This document shows, one piece after another, positions 14,846 to 23,195 of a stretch of 23,195 nucleotides of DNA. A model generated the notes under the pieces. The model was not told where the DNA came from and did no database searches. It saw only the letters and a list, made by a program, of their open reading frames with translations. A program made the translations under genes and the position numbers. The stretch spans positions 14,482 to 37,676 of the forward strand of contig CAZDOL010000002.1 in NCBI GenBank assembly GCA_964507075.1, given 5' to 3'. The DNA is from an uncultured Gammaproteobacteria bacterium (GTDB lineage Bacteria > Patescibacteriota > Patescibacteriia > UBA2591 > UBA6264). Each line of letters begins with the position of its first letter. The first letter of the stretch is position 1.

Positions 14846-15424
14846 ATGGATATAAATAGTCTTAAAAAAAGCGGGCTCGTTATTAAGTTAAATAACGAGC
14901 CTTATCAAATAACATTTTCTCAACATTCTAGAACTGCTAGAGGAGGAGCTTTTGTTAGAACAAAATTAAAAAACCTTATCACTGGACAAACCTTAGAAAA
15001 AACATTTAACTCTTCGGATAAAATTGAAAAGGCAAACATTGAAAAAGCTAATGCCAATTTTCTGTACTCCCAAAATGATAAATTCTTCTTTATGAACAAT
15101 AATACTTATGAACAATTTTTCTTAAATGTTAATTCTTTGGGTAATCAAAAAAAATTTCTAAAAGAAGGCGAAGAAGTAGAAGTTTTGTTATTTGAAAAAA
15201 ATCCAGTCAATATTGAATTACCACAAAAGGTTAATCTAAAGGTTGTTGAATCTCCTCCTAATATTAAAGGTGATTCTGCTACTTCGCCGAGTAAAAATGT
15301 TGTCTTGGAAACGGGATTTACAATAAACACTCCTGTATTTATCTCCAAAAATGATATAATAAAAATCAACACAGAAACAGGAGAATATGTGAACCGCACT
15401 TCGTGCGGAAATCCTAAATCCTAA
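14846..15424 (+). CDS. efp: Translation elongation factor P
   Basis: GLVIKLNNEPYQI...QHSRTARGGAFVRTKLKNLITGQ..EKTF, with three-domain length. The last 8 codons (TSCGNPKS) run through the hairpin CCGCAC-TTCG-TGCGG. Confidence 0.9.
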   Translation: MDINSLKKSGLVIKLNNEPYQITFSQHSRTARGGAFVRTKLKNLITGQTLEKTFNSSDKIEKANIEKANANFLYSQNDKFFFMNNNTYEQFFLNVNSLGNQKKFLKEGEEVEVLLFEKNPVNIELPQKVNLKVVESPPNIKGDSATSPSKNVVLETGFTINTPVFISKNDIIKINTETGEYVNRTSCGNPKS

Positions 15425-15463
15425 TATCTAAATTCTAAAAAATAAAAACTTAAACAAAATATT

Positions 15464-16507
15464 ATGTCTCTTAATGAATTCTTTTTAGAAGCCGTTAACC
15501 TAAAAGCTTCAGACATACATTTAGCAGTAGACATGCCTGTTTTCTTTAGAATTAATGGTTCTCTTCAAAAATCCGAAAAATGGCCGGTCTTAAATAATAA
15601 AAGTCTTTTAGATTTAATTTCTGAAATTATCTCAGAAAAACAAAAAGATAATTTACTTAAAAACAAATACTTAGAATTTTCTCATCAAATAGAAAATAAA
15701 ATTCGTTTTCGTATTAGCGTTTTTTTTGAAAGAGATAATTTAGCTTTAGCTGCTCGATTAATTTGGCCTGAAATACCAACTATTGAAGAAATAAATTTGC
15801 CTCCAGGAGGAGTTAAATTAGCTGAAATGAAATCTGGTTTAGTTTTAGTAACTGGCCCAACTGGCTGTGGCAAATCAACTACTTTAGCGGCAATTATTGA
15901 TTACATTAACAAAAAAAGAGAGTGTCATATTATCACATTAGAAGACCCAATTGAATTTATTTTTCAAGGCAGAAAAAGCTTAATTGCTCAGAGAGAATTA
16001 GGAAAAGACATGTCATCTTTTAAATTAGCTTTAAAACATATTGTGCGACAAGACCCAGATGTAATCTTGGTTAGCGAAATGAGAGACTTAGAGACAATTA
16101 GCTTAGCTATTACCTTAGCAGAAACTGGTCATTTAGTATTAGCAACTGTTCATACTCCTGGAGCTCCTCAAACCATAGATCGTATTATAGATATTTTTCC
16201 TTCTAATCAACAAAAACAAATAAGGCTGCAGGTGTCATTAGCCTTAAAGGGGATAATCTCCCAACACCTTCTTCCTAAAATAGGCGGGGGGAGAATAGCT
16301 GCCCGAGAAATACTAATCAATACCCTGGCTGTAGCCAATTTAATTAGAGAAAACAAGATAGCTCAAATTAAGTCTGTTATGCAAAATAGTCTCAAAGAAG
16401 GAATGCAAACATTAGAGAAAGAATTAAAACAACTTTATCAAAATAAATTAATTACGTTAGAAAACGCATTAGCTTATGCTAATCATCCTCAAGAAATATT
16501 AGATTAA
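15464..16507 (+). CDS. pilT: Type IV pilus retraction (twitching motility) ATPase PilT
   Basis: ASDIHL, Walker A GPTGCGKSTT, ITLEDPIEF, Walker B DPDVILVSEMRD, His box TGHLVLATVHT. 347 aa. Confidence 0.88.
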   Translation: MSLNEFFLEAVNLKASDIHLAVDMPVFFRINGSLQKSEKWPVLNNKSLLDLISEIISEKQKDNLLKNKYLEFSHQIENKIRFRISVFFERDNLALAARLIWPEIPTIEEINLPPGGVKLAEMKSGLVLVTGPTGCGKSTTLAAIIDYINKKRECHIITLEDPIEFIFQGRKSLIAQRELGKDMSSFKLALKHIVRQDPDVILVSEMRDLETISLAITLAETGHLVLATVHTPGAPQTIDRIIDIFPSNQQKQIRLQVSLALKGIISQHLLPKIGGGRIAAREILINTLAVANLIRENKIAQIKSVMQNSLKEGMQTLEKELKQLYQNKLITLENALAYANHPQEILD

Positions 16508-16508
16508 A

Positions 16509-16580
16509 GCCCTTGTGGTGAAATGGATATCATTCGACGCTTCGGACGTCGCGTTCCAGGTTCGAATCCTGGCAAGGGCG
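16509..16580 (+). tRNA. tRNA-Arg (anticodon TCG)
   Basis: GCCCTTG TG GTGA AATGGATA TCAT T CGACG CTTCGGA CGTCG CGTT CCAGG TTCGAAT CCTGG CAAGGGC G. The T-loop is canonical. It starts 2 nt after the pilT stop. Confidence 0.85.
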
Positions 16581-16588
16581 TTTTAAGA

Positions 16589-16703
16589 GCCCCCATAGCT
16601 TCCTCCTACGCTCAAATTTGCATTTGAGCTACGGCGGACAAGTATCAACATTAAAGCGTCTACTTGCGCATCATAGCTTTGATGTAAATCAAAGCGAAGT
16701 TGT
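16589..16703 (+). repeat. tRNA-linked element E (copy 2): a 13-nt duplicate of the tRNA-Lys 5' end (GCCCCCATAGCTT) followed by 102 nt of hairpin-rich sequence abutting the tRNA
   Basis: Same opening (CCTCCTACGCT), the same two perfect hairpins and the same 3' end (..AAAGCGAAGTTGT) as 6787-6922. Confidence 0.7.
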
Positions 16704-16774
16704 GCCCCCATAGCTTAATGGTAAAGCAGTTGCCTCTTAAGCAATTGACGTAGGTCCGATTCCTACTGGGGGTA
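16704..16774 (+). tRNA. tRNA-Lys (anticodon CTT)
   Basis: GCCCCCA TA GCTT AATGGTA AAGC A GTTGC CTCTTAA GCAAT TGAC GTAGG TCCGATT CCTAC TGGGGGT A. It has the same atypical G1-U72 and TCCGATT T-loop as tRNA-Arg(CCT). Confidence 0.78.
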
Positions 16775-16819
16775 TTTTTTTGTTATATAAAAAGTTTTCC
16801 ACATGCAAGCCCTTAATAA

Positions 16820-16849
16820 GGTTGACATCTGTCAACCATTGTATATACT
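16820..16849 (+). promoter_or_regulatory. Promoter TTGACA, 16-nt spacer, TATACT, with an overlapping inverted-repeat operator GGTTGAC-ATCT-GTCAACC
   Basis: -35 at 16822-16827 and -10 at 16844-16849. A perfect 7-bp inverted repeat at 16820-16837 covers the -35. The antitoxin ATG at 16856 lies 6 nt after the -10 (leaderless geometry). Confidence 0.6.
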
Positions 16850-16855
16850 TTAGGT

Positions 16856-17140
16856 ATGAAAGCCATGAAAACAGTAATTAATATTAAAACTGAAAAAAAC
16901 GTAAAAACGCACGCCCAAAAACTTGCCAAAGAAATGGGGTTCTCTTTAAGTGCGATAATTAATGCTTATTTAAGACAATTTCTTAGAAATAAAGAAGTGT
17001 ATTTTGCTATTACTCCCAAAATGTCTCCTGAATTAGAGAGTCTTTTAAGTAAAGTAGAATTTGATATTCAAAGAAATAAAAATATTTCTCGCATTTTTTC
17101 TTCTCAAAAAGAAATCAAAAAACATTTAATATCTCTCTAA
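16856..17140 (+). CDS. Type II antitoxin, RelB/DinJ family (ribbon-helix-helix)
   Basis: VINIKTEKNVKTHAQKLAKEMGFSLSAIINAYLRQFL matches the DinJ/RelB N-terminal pattern. It lies 18 nt upstream of a RelE/YafQ-like ORF. Confidence 0.75.
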   Translation: MKAMKTVINIKTEKNVKTHAQKLAKEMGFSLSAIINAYLRQFLRNKEVYFAITPKMSPELESLLSKVEFDIQRNKNISRIFSSQKEIKKHLISL

Positions 17141-17158
17141 TTCTTTTAAAATATCCTC

Positions 17159-17413
17159 ATGAATATTCGTTTTCATAAAAATTTTGAAAAACAATATAAA
17201 AAATTAAGAAAAAGAGAGCAACAAAAAGTACAAGAAAAATTAGAATTATTTCTTAAAAATCCCTTTAATATTCAACTTAATAATCACCCTTTAAAAGGAA
17301 AATATAATGATTATCGGAGTATTAATATAACAGGAGACTTAAGGGCTATTTATAAATTTATTAATGAAACAGAATGCATTTTCGTTGTTGTAGATAATCA
17401 TAGTAATTTATAA
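17159..17413 (+). CDS. Type II toxin, RelE/YafQ family mRNA interferase
   Basis: 84 aa. F.K.Y.KL........V.EKL.LF..NPF...L.NHPLKGKYNDYRSINITGDLRAIYKF matches the RelE/StbE-YafQ pattern (HPL.G....YR...I..D.R.IY). Confidence 0.75.
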   Translation: MNIRFHKNFEKQYKKLRKREQQKVQEKLELFLKNPFNIQLNNHPLKGKYNDYRSINITGDLRAIYKFINETECIFVVVDNHSNL

Positions 17414-17455
17414 TTAAATTACTTTAATATTTATACAATAGAATTTTAATTTCAA

Positions 17456-17479
17456 GGTTCTCGCCGAAGGCGAGGTTCT
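17456..17479. repeat. GC-rich hairpin module GGTT-CTCGCC-GAA-GGCGAG-GTTCT
   Basis: 6-bp GC stem with a GAA loop, flanked by GGTTCT direct repeats. The reverse complement (AGAACC..TTCG..GAACC) resembles the sub-repeat of the 14441-14550 tandem array. Confidence 0.6.
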
Positions 17480-17512
17480 TATATTCTTAATTTTTTTTAC
17501 TATTCAAGCAAT

Positions 17513-17550
17513 AAAAAAAGAAGGTTGTATATATTACAACCTTCTTTTTT
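17513..17550. terminator. Bidirectional intrinsic terminator between the convergent toxin and hup genes
   Basis: AAAAAAA-GAAGGTTGTA-TATAT-TACAACCTTC-TTTTTT. Confidence 0.8.
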
Positions 17551-17560
17551 ATTTTATTTC

Positions 17561-17836
17561 TTATCTTACAACTTTCTTGAAATCACTTCCAGCTTTAAAT
17601 TTTGGTACTTTCATAGCAGGAATCTTGAGTGAAGCTCCTGTTTGAGGATTAACTCCTGTTCTAGCCTTTCTATTACTAATAGAGAAAGTTCCAAAACCAG
17701 CAATTGCTACTTTATCACCTTTTTTAAGAGCTTTTTTAATAATACTAACAAAAGCATTTAAACATCTACCTGTTTCAGCATCAGAACAAGTCTTTGCTTC
17801 AGCAGATATTGCTTTAATTAATTCACCTTTATTCAT
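17561..17836 (-). CDS. hup: DNA-binding protein HU
   Basis: MNKGELIKAIS....., GFGTF.I..RKARTGVNPQTG..L.IPA..VPKFKAG. 91 aa. Confidence 0.92.
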   Translation of the reverse strand: MNKGELIKAISAEAKTCSDAETGRCLNAFVSIIKKALKKGDKVAIAGFGTFSISNRKARTGVNPQTGASLKIPAMKVPKFKAGSDFKKVVR

Positions 17837-17907
17837 AAGTCTACATTTTAATATCCATAGATTTTAATCACTATGGAAAACGGATTAAATTATTTACGAC
17901 CTTCTAT

Positions 17908-19032
17908 TTAGTTTTTAATTGGCATAATCAATAAAAGATAAGTTTTGTCTTTTACTGACCTAATTAAGCCAGGAGAATTGTCGTTAACTATCTCTAAACT
18001 AATTTCTTCATTAGATAAATTGTTTAAGCCATCAATCAAATACCGATAGTTAAAAATAATCTCGTTAGAATCACCAATAATATCTGCATCTAAAACAGCT
18101 TCGTTTTCACCTATCTGGTTATTAACTGAAGAAATTATTAACTGATTCTTTTTAGGTAAAAATTTTATATTTATATCATTAACACCTAATTTTGAGAAAA
18201 AACTAGCTGACTTAACAACTCTCGCAAATTCTTCTCTGTTAACTAAAGCTTTCGTTTTGATATTGACAGGAATAGTTTGTTTATAATCTGGATATTTTCC
18301 ATTAATTACACGTGATATAATTTCTGTGTCTTGGTAAACAAATAAGATTTGATTTTCAGATAAATATAATTCAATATCCTTATCTTCATCGCCCTTAATT
18401 ACTTTAGAAACTTCTTGCAATGTTCTTAAGGGAATTATAATATCTATATCATCTTTTAGGTCATTTTTTTCTAAAGGAATAGTAATCTCTGTTAAACGAT
18501 AGCTGTCTGTACCCACAATTGTAAGTTCTTTTTTGTTAGATCCATTCTTAAAAGAAAATAAAGCTCCACTTAATTCCATCCTCACTTCAGAAGATGAAAT
18601 AGCAAAAATCGTTTTTTCTAAAGCATTTTTTAGTTTTTTAGATTTTAATAAACATTTCTTTTTACTGTCTATTTGAGGGATAATTGGAAATTCCTCTGAA
18701 GATATTCCTTTTATTTTTGCTTTTTGTTTTTCTGTGCTAATAATTAAAGCATTTTTACTTACTTCAAATTTTAAAATCTGATTAGGTAAAAGATTAACAT
18801 AATTATTTAAGATTTGAGCAGGGACAGTAAAACTTCCTTCCTTTTCTATCTTAGCTCTAATTTTTATTTCAATTGCTATCTCTAAGTTAGTACTGCTAAT
18901 TTTAAGCTCTCCTTCTTTAGCAGTTAATAAAATATTATTTAGAATAGGTAAACTAGTCTTATTGAGACCTGCAATATGACTACTAATATTTAATCCTTCA
19001 GTAAGATTTTCTTGTAGACAGGAAAATTTCAT
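17908..19032 (-). CDS. dnaN: DNA polymerase III beta sliding clamp
   Basis: MKFSCLQENL.EGLN.......K.SLPILNNILL.A..GEL.ISSTNLEIAI, GTDSYRL, C-terminal YLLLIMPIK. 374 aa. Confidence 0.9.
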   Translation of the reverse strand: MKFSCLQENLTEGLNISSHIAGLNKTSLPILNNILLTAKEGELKISSTNLEIAIEIKIRAKIEKEGSFTVPAQILNNYVNLLPNQILKFEVSKNALIISTEKQKAKIKGISSEEFPIIPQIDSKKKCLLKSKKLKNALEKTIFAISSSEVRMELSGALFSFKNGSNKKELTIVGTDSYRLTEITIPLEKNDLKDDIDIIIPLRTLQEVSKVIKGDEDKDIELYLSENQILFVYQDTEIISRVINGKYPDYKQTIPVNIKTKALVNREEFARVVKSASFFSKLGVNDINIKFLPKKNQLIISSVNNQIGENEAVLDADIIGDSNEIIFNYRYLIDGLNNLSNEEISLEIVNDNSPGLIRSVKDKTYLLLIMPIKN

Positions 19033-19246
19033 AAATTAAAACTATATAATATATTATTATATATATAAATATTTATTTATAGAATTAGTAATAAGGGTGT
19101 AGAAAAGATATGATTATTTTGTTTTCTAATGATATTTTACTTCATTTTAAAGAATAAAGGAAGTGGAAAACAAGGCAAAATATGGGTAAAAAATGTGTAA
19201 AAATTAGGGATAGGCAAAATTAAAAAAACACAAATCCACAGTTAAT

Positions 19247-20185
19247 CTACATTTTTTTAACACTTTTTGAAAAATATAAAGGCCAGACTAAGAATTGAAA
19301 ATAAGCAAAGAAAGATAAAAGGCCTAAAAAGATAACAGAGACAATAAGAGACAAAGCAGTGATAATTATTAAATAAAAAGAGGGAGAGCATAAGGGCAAC
19401 AATAAGCGCAAGAAAAGAGAAATAGGGACTAAAGTTCCCGCAGAGATTAGAAATATTATTAATCCAAATAGAATGGTTATAATTAACAAAGATAAAGATA
19501 TTTTAATTATTGGAAACCAATTCTTAAAAAGGAATTTCGTTGATTTTTGAATACTAATAAAAAGTTTTTCTTTTTTAATAATTACAAAAAAGAAGCTAAA
19601 TTTAGCTATAAGAGCGAAAATCAAACTTAACAATAATATTATTATAATATAACTTATTGTAAACCAACCAGGAAGAGTATTAGAAGTTAAATAATTTTTA
19701 AACAAAGCAGGAATGTTAAGAAAGAGAAAAATGGTACCTCCTAACAATAGATAGATAATTATTACTGGTCCTAAAAATTTATGGCTTTTCAGAAAGATTT
19801 TCTTGAAAGATATTTTAGAATTATTGAAATTTTGGGTAAAATATTTAGTTAAAGAAATAACTATAATTTGAGCCATAAGGCCTAAATACAAAAACAAAAC
19901 AACGGTAATTAAAACAAAGATATCAGATAAATTGATTTTTTGTAAACTATTATAAATTAAAATAAATATATTAGAAATTTCCTTAGATTGGACAACAATG
20001 GGAATTTTGACGTTGTTTGTTAATTTGACTAAATAGGTAGTTATTTGGTTTAATGTGCCAATAACTACATTAATTTCATGATTAATAAAGAAAATTAAAA
20101 AAAATCCTAAAAACCAAAATCGAGGATTTTGACGCACAAAACTAAAGGACTCTTTAAGGATTTTTTTTATACTTAGATTAGCCAT
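19247..20185 (-). CDS. Polytopic integral membrane protein of unknown function
   Basis: 312 aa with about six long hydrophobic segments, 6 nt downstream of ftsH. No catalytic motif is recognisable. Confidence 0.6.
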   Translation of the reverse strand: MANLSIKKILKESFSFVRQNPRFWFLGFFLIFFINHEINVVIGTLNQITTYLVKLTNNVKIPIVVQSKEISNIFILIYNSLQKINLSDIFVLITVVLFLYLGLMAQIIVISLTKYFTQNFNNSKISFKKIFLKSHKFLGPVIIIYLLLGGTIFLFLNIPALFKNYLTSNTLPGWFTISYIIIILLLSLIFALIAKFSFFFVIIKKEKLFISIQKSTKFLFKNWFPIIKISLSLLIITILFGLIIFLISAGTLVPISLFLRLLLPLCSPSFYLIIITALSLIVSVIFLGLLSFFAYFQFLVWPLYFSKSVKKM

Positions 20186-20191
20186 TTAATG

Positions 20192-22030
20192 TTATTTTTT
20201 CATAGCTTGGGCAAATTCACCCTTTTCCAAAGTTTCTTTTTCTAGAAGTAATTTGGCGATTTTATCCAATTTTTCATTATTTTTAGTTAAGACATTTTTT
20301 GCTTTTTCGTAAGAAGAGTTGATAAATTTGGAAATTTCTTGATCTATCAAAAGAGCGGTTTTTTCTGAGAAGTTTCTTTTTTCAGAAATTTCTCTTCCTA
20401 AAAAAATCATTTCATGTTTTTCGCCAAAAGTGCGAGGCCCTAACACTTTACTCATTCCGTATTCAGTTACTAATTTATTTGCCAAATAAGTTGCTCCTCT
20501 TAAGTCATTAGAAGCGCCAGTAGTTATCTCTTTGAATTTTATTTCTTCGCTAATATAACCCCCTAATAGCACTGCTATGTCGTTGACAAATTCTGACTTT
20601 GAACGTAAAGATTTTTCTTCTTTAGGCATACGAAGAGTATAGCCAGCTGCTTGGCCACGGGAAATGATAGATATTTTTTGTACTTGATCGCAACCAGGTA
20701 AAAAATAACTAACCAAAGCGTGTCCAGCCTCATGATAAGCAACAACTTCCTTCTCTTTTTTGGTTAAAATATGACTTTTTCTTTCTGGGCCCAAAAGAAC
20801 TTTTTCAATACTATTTATGATGTCTAAGTTGTCAATTTTACGTTTATTATTTTTGGCTGCCAAAATTGCTGCTTCATTTAATAAACTTTCTAAATCCGCA
20901 CCACTAAAACCAGGAGTTCTTTCAGCTATATTTCTAAGATTAACATTTATTTTTAATGGCTTGTTTTTTGTGTGAATTTTAAGAATTGCCTCTCTCTGTT
21001 TTATGTCTGGTAAATTAAGAACAACTTTTCGGTCAAATCTGCCAGGTCTAAGTAATGCTGGATCAAGGATATCTGGGCGATTAGTAGCCGCGATTACGAT
21101 TAATCCGATATTTGGTTCAAATCCATCAAGTTCAACCAATATTTGATTTAAAGTTTGTTCCCTTTCGTCGTGTCCACCTCCTATTCCGGCTCCTCTTTGG
21201 CGGCCAACAGCGTCTAATTCGTCAATAAAAAGAATTGCTGGAAGATTTTTCTTCGCTTTTCTAAATAAATCTCGTGTTCTGCTAGCTCCAACACCGACAA
21301 ACATTTCAACAAATTCAGAACCTGATATATGAAAGAAAGGAACATCTGCTTCCCCAGCCACAGCTCTAGCAATTAAAGTTTTTCCGCATCCAGGAGGCCC
21401 TATGAGTAGGACACCTTTAGGAATTTTAGCTCCTAAAGAAATATATTTTTTCGGTTTTTTAAGAAAATCAACAACTTCATATAATTCTTCTTTGGCTTCT
21501 TCTATCCCAGCTACATCTTTAAAAGAGGTTTTTGTTTTTTTGTCTTTGGTATTCATATTTTTGGCTTTACTTTCTCCAAATTTCATGGCTTGCATTCCTG
21601 CTCCTTGTATCTTACGTGTAAAGAAAAACAGCAGAGCTAACAATAATAATAAAGGGATAGCAAAGGGCAAAACAGTAGTTAAAAGAAAATTTTTGTTTTT
21701 TAGATTTTTAATTTTAATGCTGATATTCATTAATGTTTCTGGGGGGATATTGTAATTGTTTAGTAATTCACTTAACGATTGACCCTCTTCTTTAAATGAA
21801 AATTGGTTCTTGTCAGTATTTAAAACAATATTTAATTTATTTTCTTCAACTATTATCTCTTTTACTTCTTCGTTAATAATTTCTTTAGCTAATTGGCTTA
21901 AGGTAATTTCTTCACTTTCTGTGTTTTTTGCATTGAATAAACTAAAAATACCGGAAATAACCAGCAGGACAATAAAAAAGATTAGAAAATTTTTCAATAA
22001 AGATTTCATATTAAATGGTTTTTTAATCAC
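20192..22030 (-). CDS. ftsH: ATP-dependent zinc metalloprotease FtsH
   Basis: Two N-terminal TM segments, Walker A GPPGCGKT, Walker [12 protein letters not shown] region [20 protein letters not shown] and zinc site HEAGHAL. The GTG start overlaps the upstream stop (GTGA). Confidence 0.95.
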   Translation of the reverse strand: MIKKPFNMKSLLKNFLIFFIVLLVISGIFSLFNAKNTESEEITLSQLAKEIINEEVKEIIVEENKLNIVLNTDKNQFSFKEEGQSLSELLNNYNIPPETLMNISIKIKNLKNKNFLLTTVLPFAIPLLLLLALLFFFTRKIQGAGMQAMKFGESKAKNMNTKDKKTKTSFKDVAGIEEAKEELYEVVDFLKKPKKYISLGAKIPKGVLLIGPPGCGKTLIARAVAGEADVPFFHISGSEFVEMFVGVGASRTRDLFRKAKKNLPAILFIDELDAVGRQRGAGIGGGHDEREQTLNQILVELDGFEPNIGLIVIAATNRPDILDPALLRPGRFDRKVVLNLPDIKQREAILKIHTKNKPLKINVNLRNIAERTPGFSGADLESLLNEAAILAAKNNKRKIDNLDIINSIEKVLLGPERKSHILTKKEKEVVAYHEAGHALVSYFLPGCDQVQKISIISRGQAAGYTLRMPKEEKSLRSKSEFVNDIAVLLGGYISEEIKFKEITTGASNDLRGATYLANKLVTEYGMSKVLGPRTFGEKHEMIFLGREISEKRNFSEKTALLIDQEISKFINSSYEKAKNVLTKNNEKLDKIAKLLLEKETLEKGEFAQAMKK

Positions 22031-23097
22031 TTTTTTAAAGACAATCCTAATCTATGATTTTCAGGTTCAATAGAAACAATTTTAAAGCTGAGCACATTTC
22101 CTATTTGAGCAATTTCAGATATATTTTTTATTGGTTTTTCAGATAGTTCAGAGATATGAGCTAAACCATGGATAAGGGGATCTAATTCAACAAAAAGGCC
22201 GAAAGGGTTTATTTTTAATACCTTGCCCTTAACCTTTTGTCCTAATTTATATTTTTTATTTATATTTAGCCACGGATCATTAATTATTTTTTTTATGGAT
22301 AAAGATATTTTTCCTTGTTCAGTAATATCAATAATTTCGGCTTTTACCTCATCTCCTATTTGGACTACATCTTTAGGATGGTCTATGCGACGCCACGCAA
22401 GCTCAGATATATGAATAAGCCCTTCTTGACCTTTGTCAAAGGTTATAAAAGCTCCAAAATCAACCAATCCGCTTATTTTTCCATTTACAGCGTCTCCTAT
22501 TTTATATTTATTCATGATTTCTTTTTCTGGGACTTTGTCAGTATTTTTTTCTGAAACTACCAAAGTATTATTTTTTTCGTCAATGGTTATAATTTTTACA
22601 ACCATTTCTTGTCCCACAAATCCTTTTAGTTTTTCTAAGATTTTATTTTTGTCGCCACCATCTACTCGAGGATAATTTTCATTTTTCAATTGCGAAACAG
22701 GCAAAAATCCTTGTATTTTACCATATTTGACTATTAGGCCGCCCTTATTAGCTGCTGTTATTTTTGTTTTGATATTTTTTTTGCTTTGTGCTATTTCTTC
22801 TAACTTGTTCCAAATTTTCTTATGGCTGGCTGAACGAAAAGAAAGTTCAACTAAACCTTTTTCATTTTCTAGTTCAACTACAGTAGCTGAAATTTTATCT
22901 CCCTTTTTTAAATTAGAAAAATCTCCTGATTCGTCCAATAATTCAATGCCCCGCACAATTCCCGTTGCTATTCCATTTAGGTCTAAATAAATTTCATTTC
23001 GACCTATTTCTATAACTTTTCCCTCCGCTAGTTCATTAAGTTTTGGTAATAATTTTATTATTTGGAAATAATCTTTTTTCTTAACTGATTCTTGCAT
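22027..23097 (-). CDS. rpsA: 30S ribosomal protein S1 homologue (four S1 domains)
   Basis: Repeated S1 OB-fold pattern, for example GKISGLVDFGAFITFDKGQEGLIHISELAW and GKVLKINPFGLFVELDPLIHGLAHISELS. Confidence 0.8.
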   Translation of the reverse strand: MQESVKKKDYFQIIKLLPKLNELAEGKVIEIGRNEIYLDLNGIATGIVRGIELLDESGDFSNLKKGDKISATVVELENEKGLVELSFRSASHKKIWNKLEEIAQSKKNIKTKITAANKGGLIVKYGKIQGFLPVSQLKNENYPRVDGGDKNKILEKLKGFVGQEMVVKIITIDEKNNTLVVSEKNTDKVPEKEIMNKYKIGDAVNGKISGLVDFGAFITFDKGQEGLIHISELAWRRIDHPKDVVQIGDEVKAEIIDITEQGKISLSIKKIINDPWLNINKKYKLGQKVKGKVLKINPFGLFVELDPLIHGLAHISELSEKPIKNISEIAQIGNVLSFKIVSIEPENHRLGLSLKK

Positions 23098-23141
23098 AAA
23101 TTAAATTAATTAATTAGTTAATTAGTTAATTATATAATTCT

Positions 23142-23169
23142 ATTTTACCATCAAGGACAGGATTGTCAA
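23142..23169 (-). promoter_or_regulatory. Candidate promoter of the rpsA-ftsH unit: TTGACA, 16-nt spacer, TAAAAT (minus strand)
   Basis: The reverse complement reads TTGACA ATCCTGTCCTTGATGG TAAAAT, about 45 nt upstream of the ATG at 23097. Confidence 0.5.
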
Positions 23170-23195
23170 CATAAAGCATGAGAACATGAGAGCAT

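Noticed and set aside
403-22990. Short ORFs in the supplied track that lie antisense to or overlap larger genes (403-627, 1173-1358, 1709-1930, 2841-3038, 3601-3908, 5490-5711, 7186-7368, 7906-8114, 10872-11081, 11930-12214, 14183-14377, 15145-15399, 15685-15873, 21402-22073, 22223-22990)
   Set aside because: All are embedded in well-supported CDSs on the other strand or frame. They have low-complexity, homology-free translations and no promoter or start context of their own.
23101-23135. Tandem TAATTAGT/TTAATTAA-type repeats upstream of the S1 gene
   Set aside because: This is a low-complexity AT-rich 5' UTR in an AT-rich genome, with no evidence of function beyond composition.
1-23195. Alternative genetic code (UGA recoding, as in some CPR lineages)
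   Set aside because: Conserved genes end at full length on TGA (methyltransferase, S1 homologue), and no conserved protein shows in-frame TGA. The standard code 11 fits.

Overview
AT-rich, gene-dense bacterial window read with the standard code (TAA, TAG and TGA all terminate well-supported genes). By inference it comes from a streamlined, uncultivated CPR/Patescibacteria-like genome. About three quarters is housekeeping: trxB, a PP-loop tRNA-thiolase-like ATPase, serS, a GT4 glycosyltransferase split over two frames, an RNA methyltransferase, rpsF-ssb-rpsR, efp, pilT, three tRNAs, a RelB/RelE-type toxin-antitoxin pair, hup, dnaN, a polytopic membrane protein, ftsH and an S1-domain protein. 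The left 6.4 kb is accessory-like. It holds a partial MBL-fold hydrolase homologue, a 1105-aa membrane-anchored LamG/CBM surface protein, an IS200-like Y1 HUH transposase of the RAYT type, a degenerate DAG-kinase-fold protein and a bactofilin. The most interesting signal is non-coding: the intergenic regions carry several families of GC-rich palindromic repeats. (1) Five TGACWAACCCGWCGGGT palindromes cluster around the RAYT gene, and two of them sit in frame inside the 5' part of the LamG ORF. (2) A 136-167 bp MITE-like element with CCCCCACACC/GGTGTGGGGG termini and 4-bp flanking duplications occurs in two copies 6.7 kb apart, together with 'solo' terminal hairpins. (3) A hairpin-rich 100-136 nt element sits directly upstream of two sister tRNAs (Arg-CCT, Lys-CTT), bracketed by duplicates of the tRNA's own first 12-13 nt. 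At the Arg locus a related element lies downstream, bracketed by a 23-nt duplicate of the tRNA 3' end. (4) The rpsR-efp spacer contains a 2 x 55 bp tandem repeat and a 56-nt perfect three-way-junction palindrome. No CRISPR array, rRNA or recognisable defence operon is visible. All family assignments come from reading motifs by eye and need HMM or BLAST confirmation.
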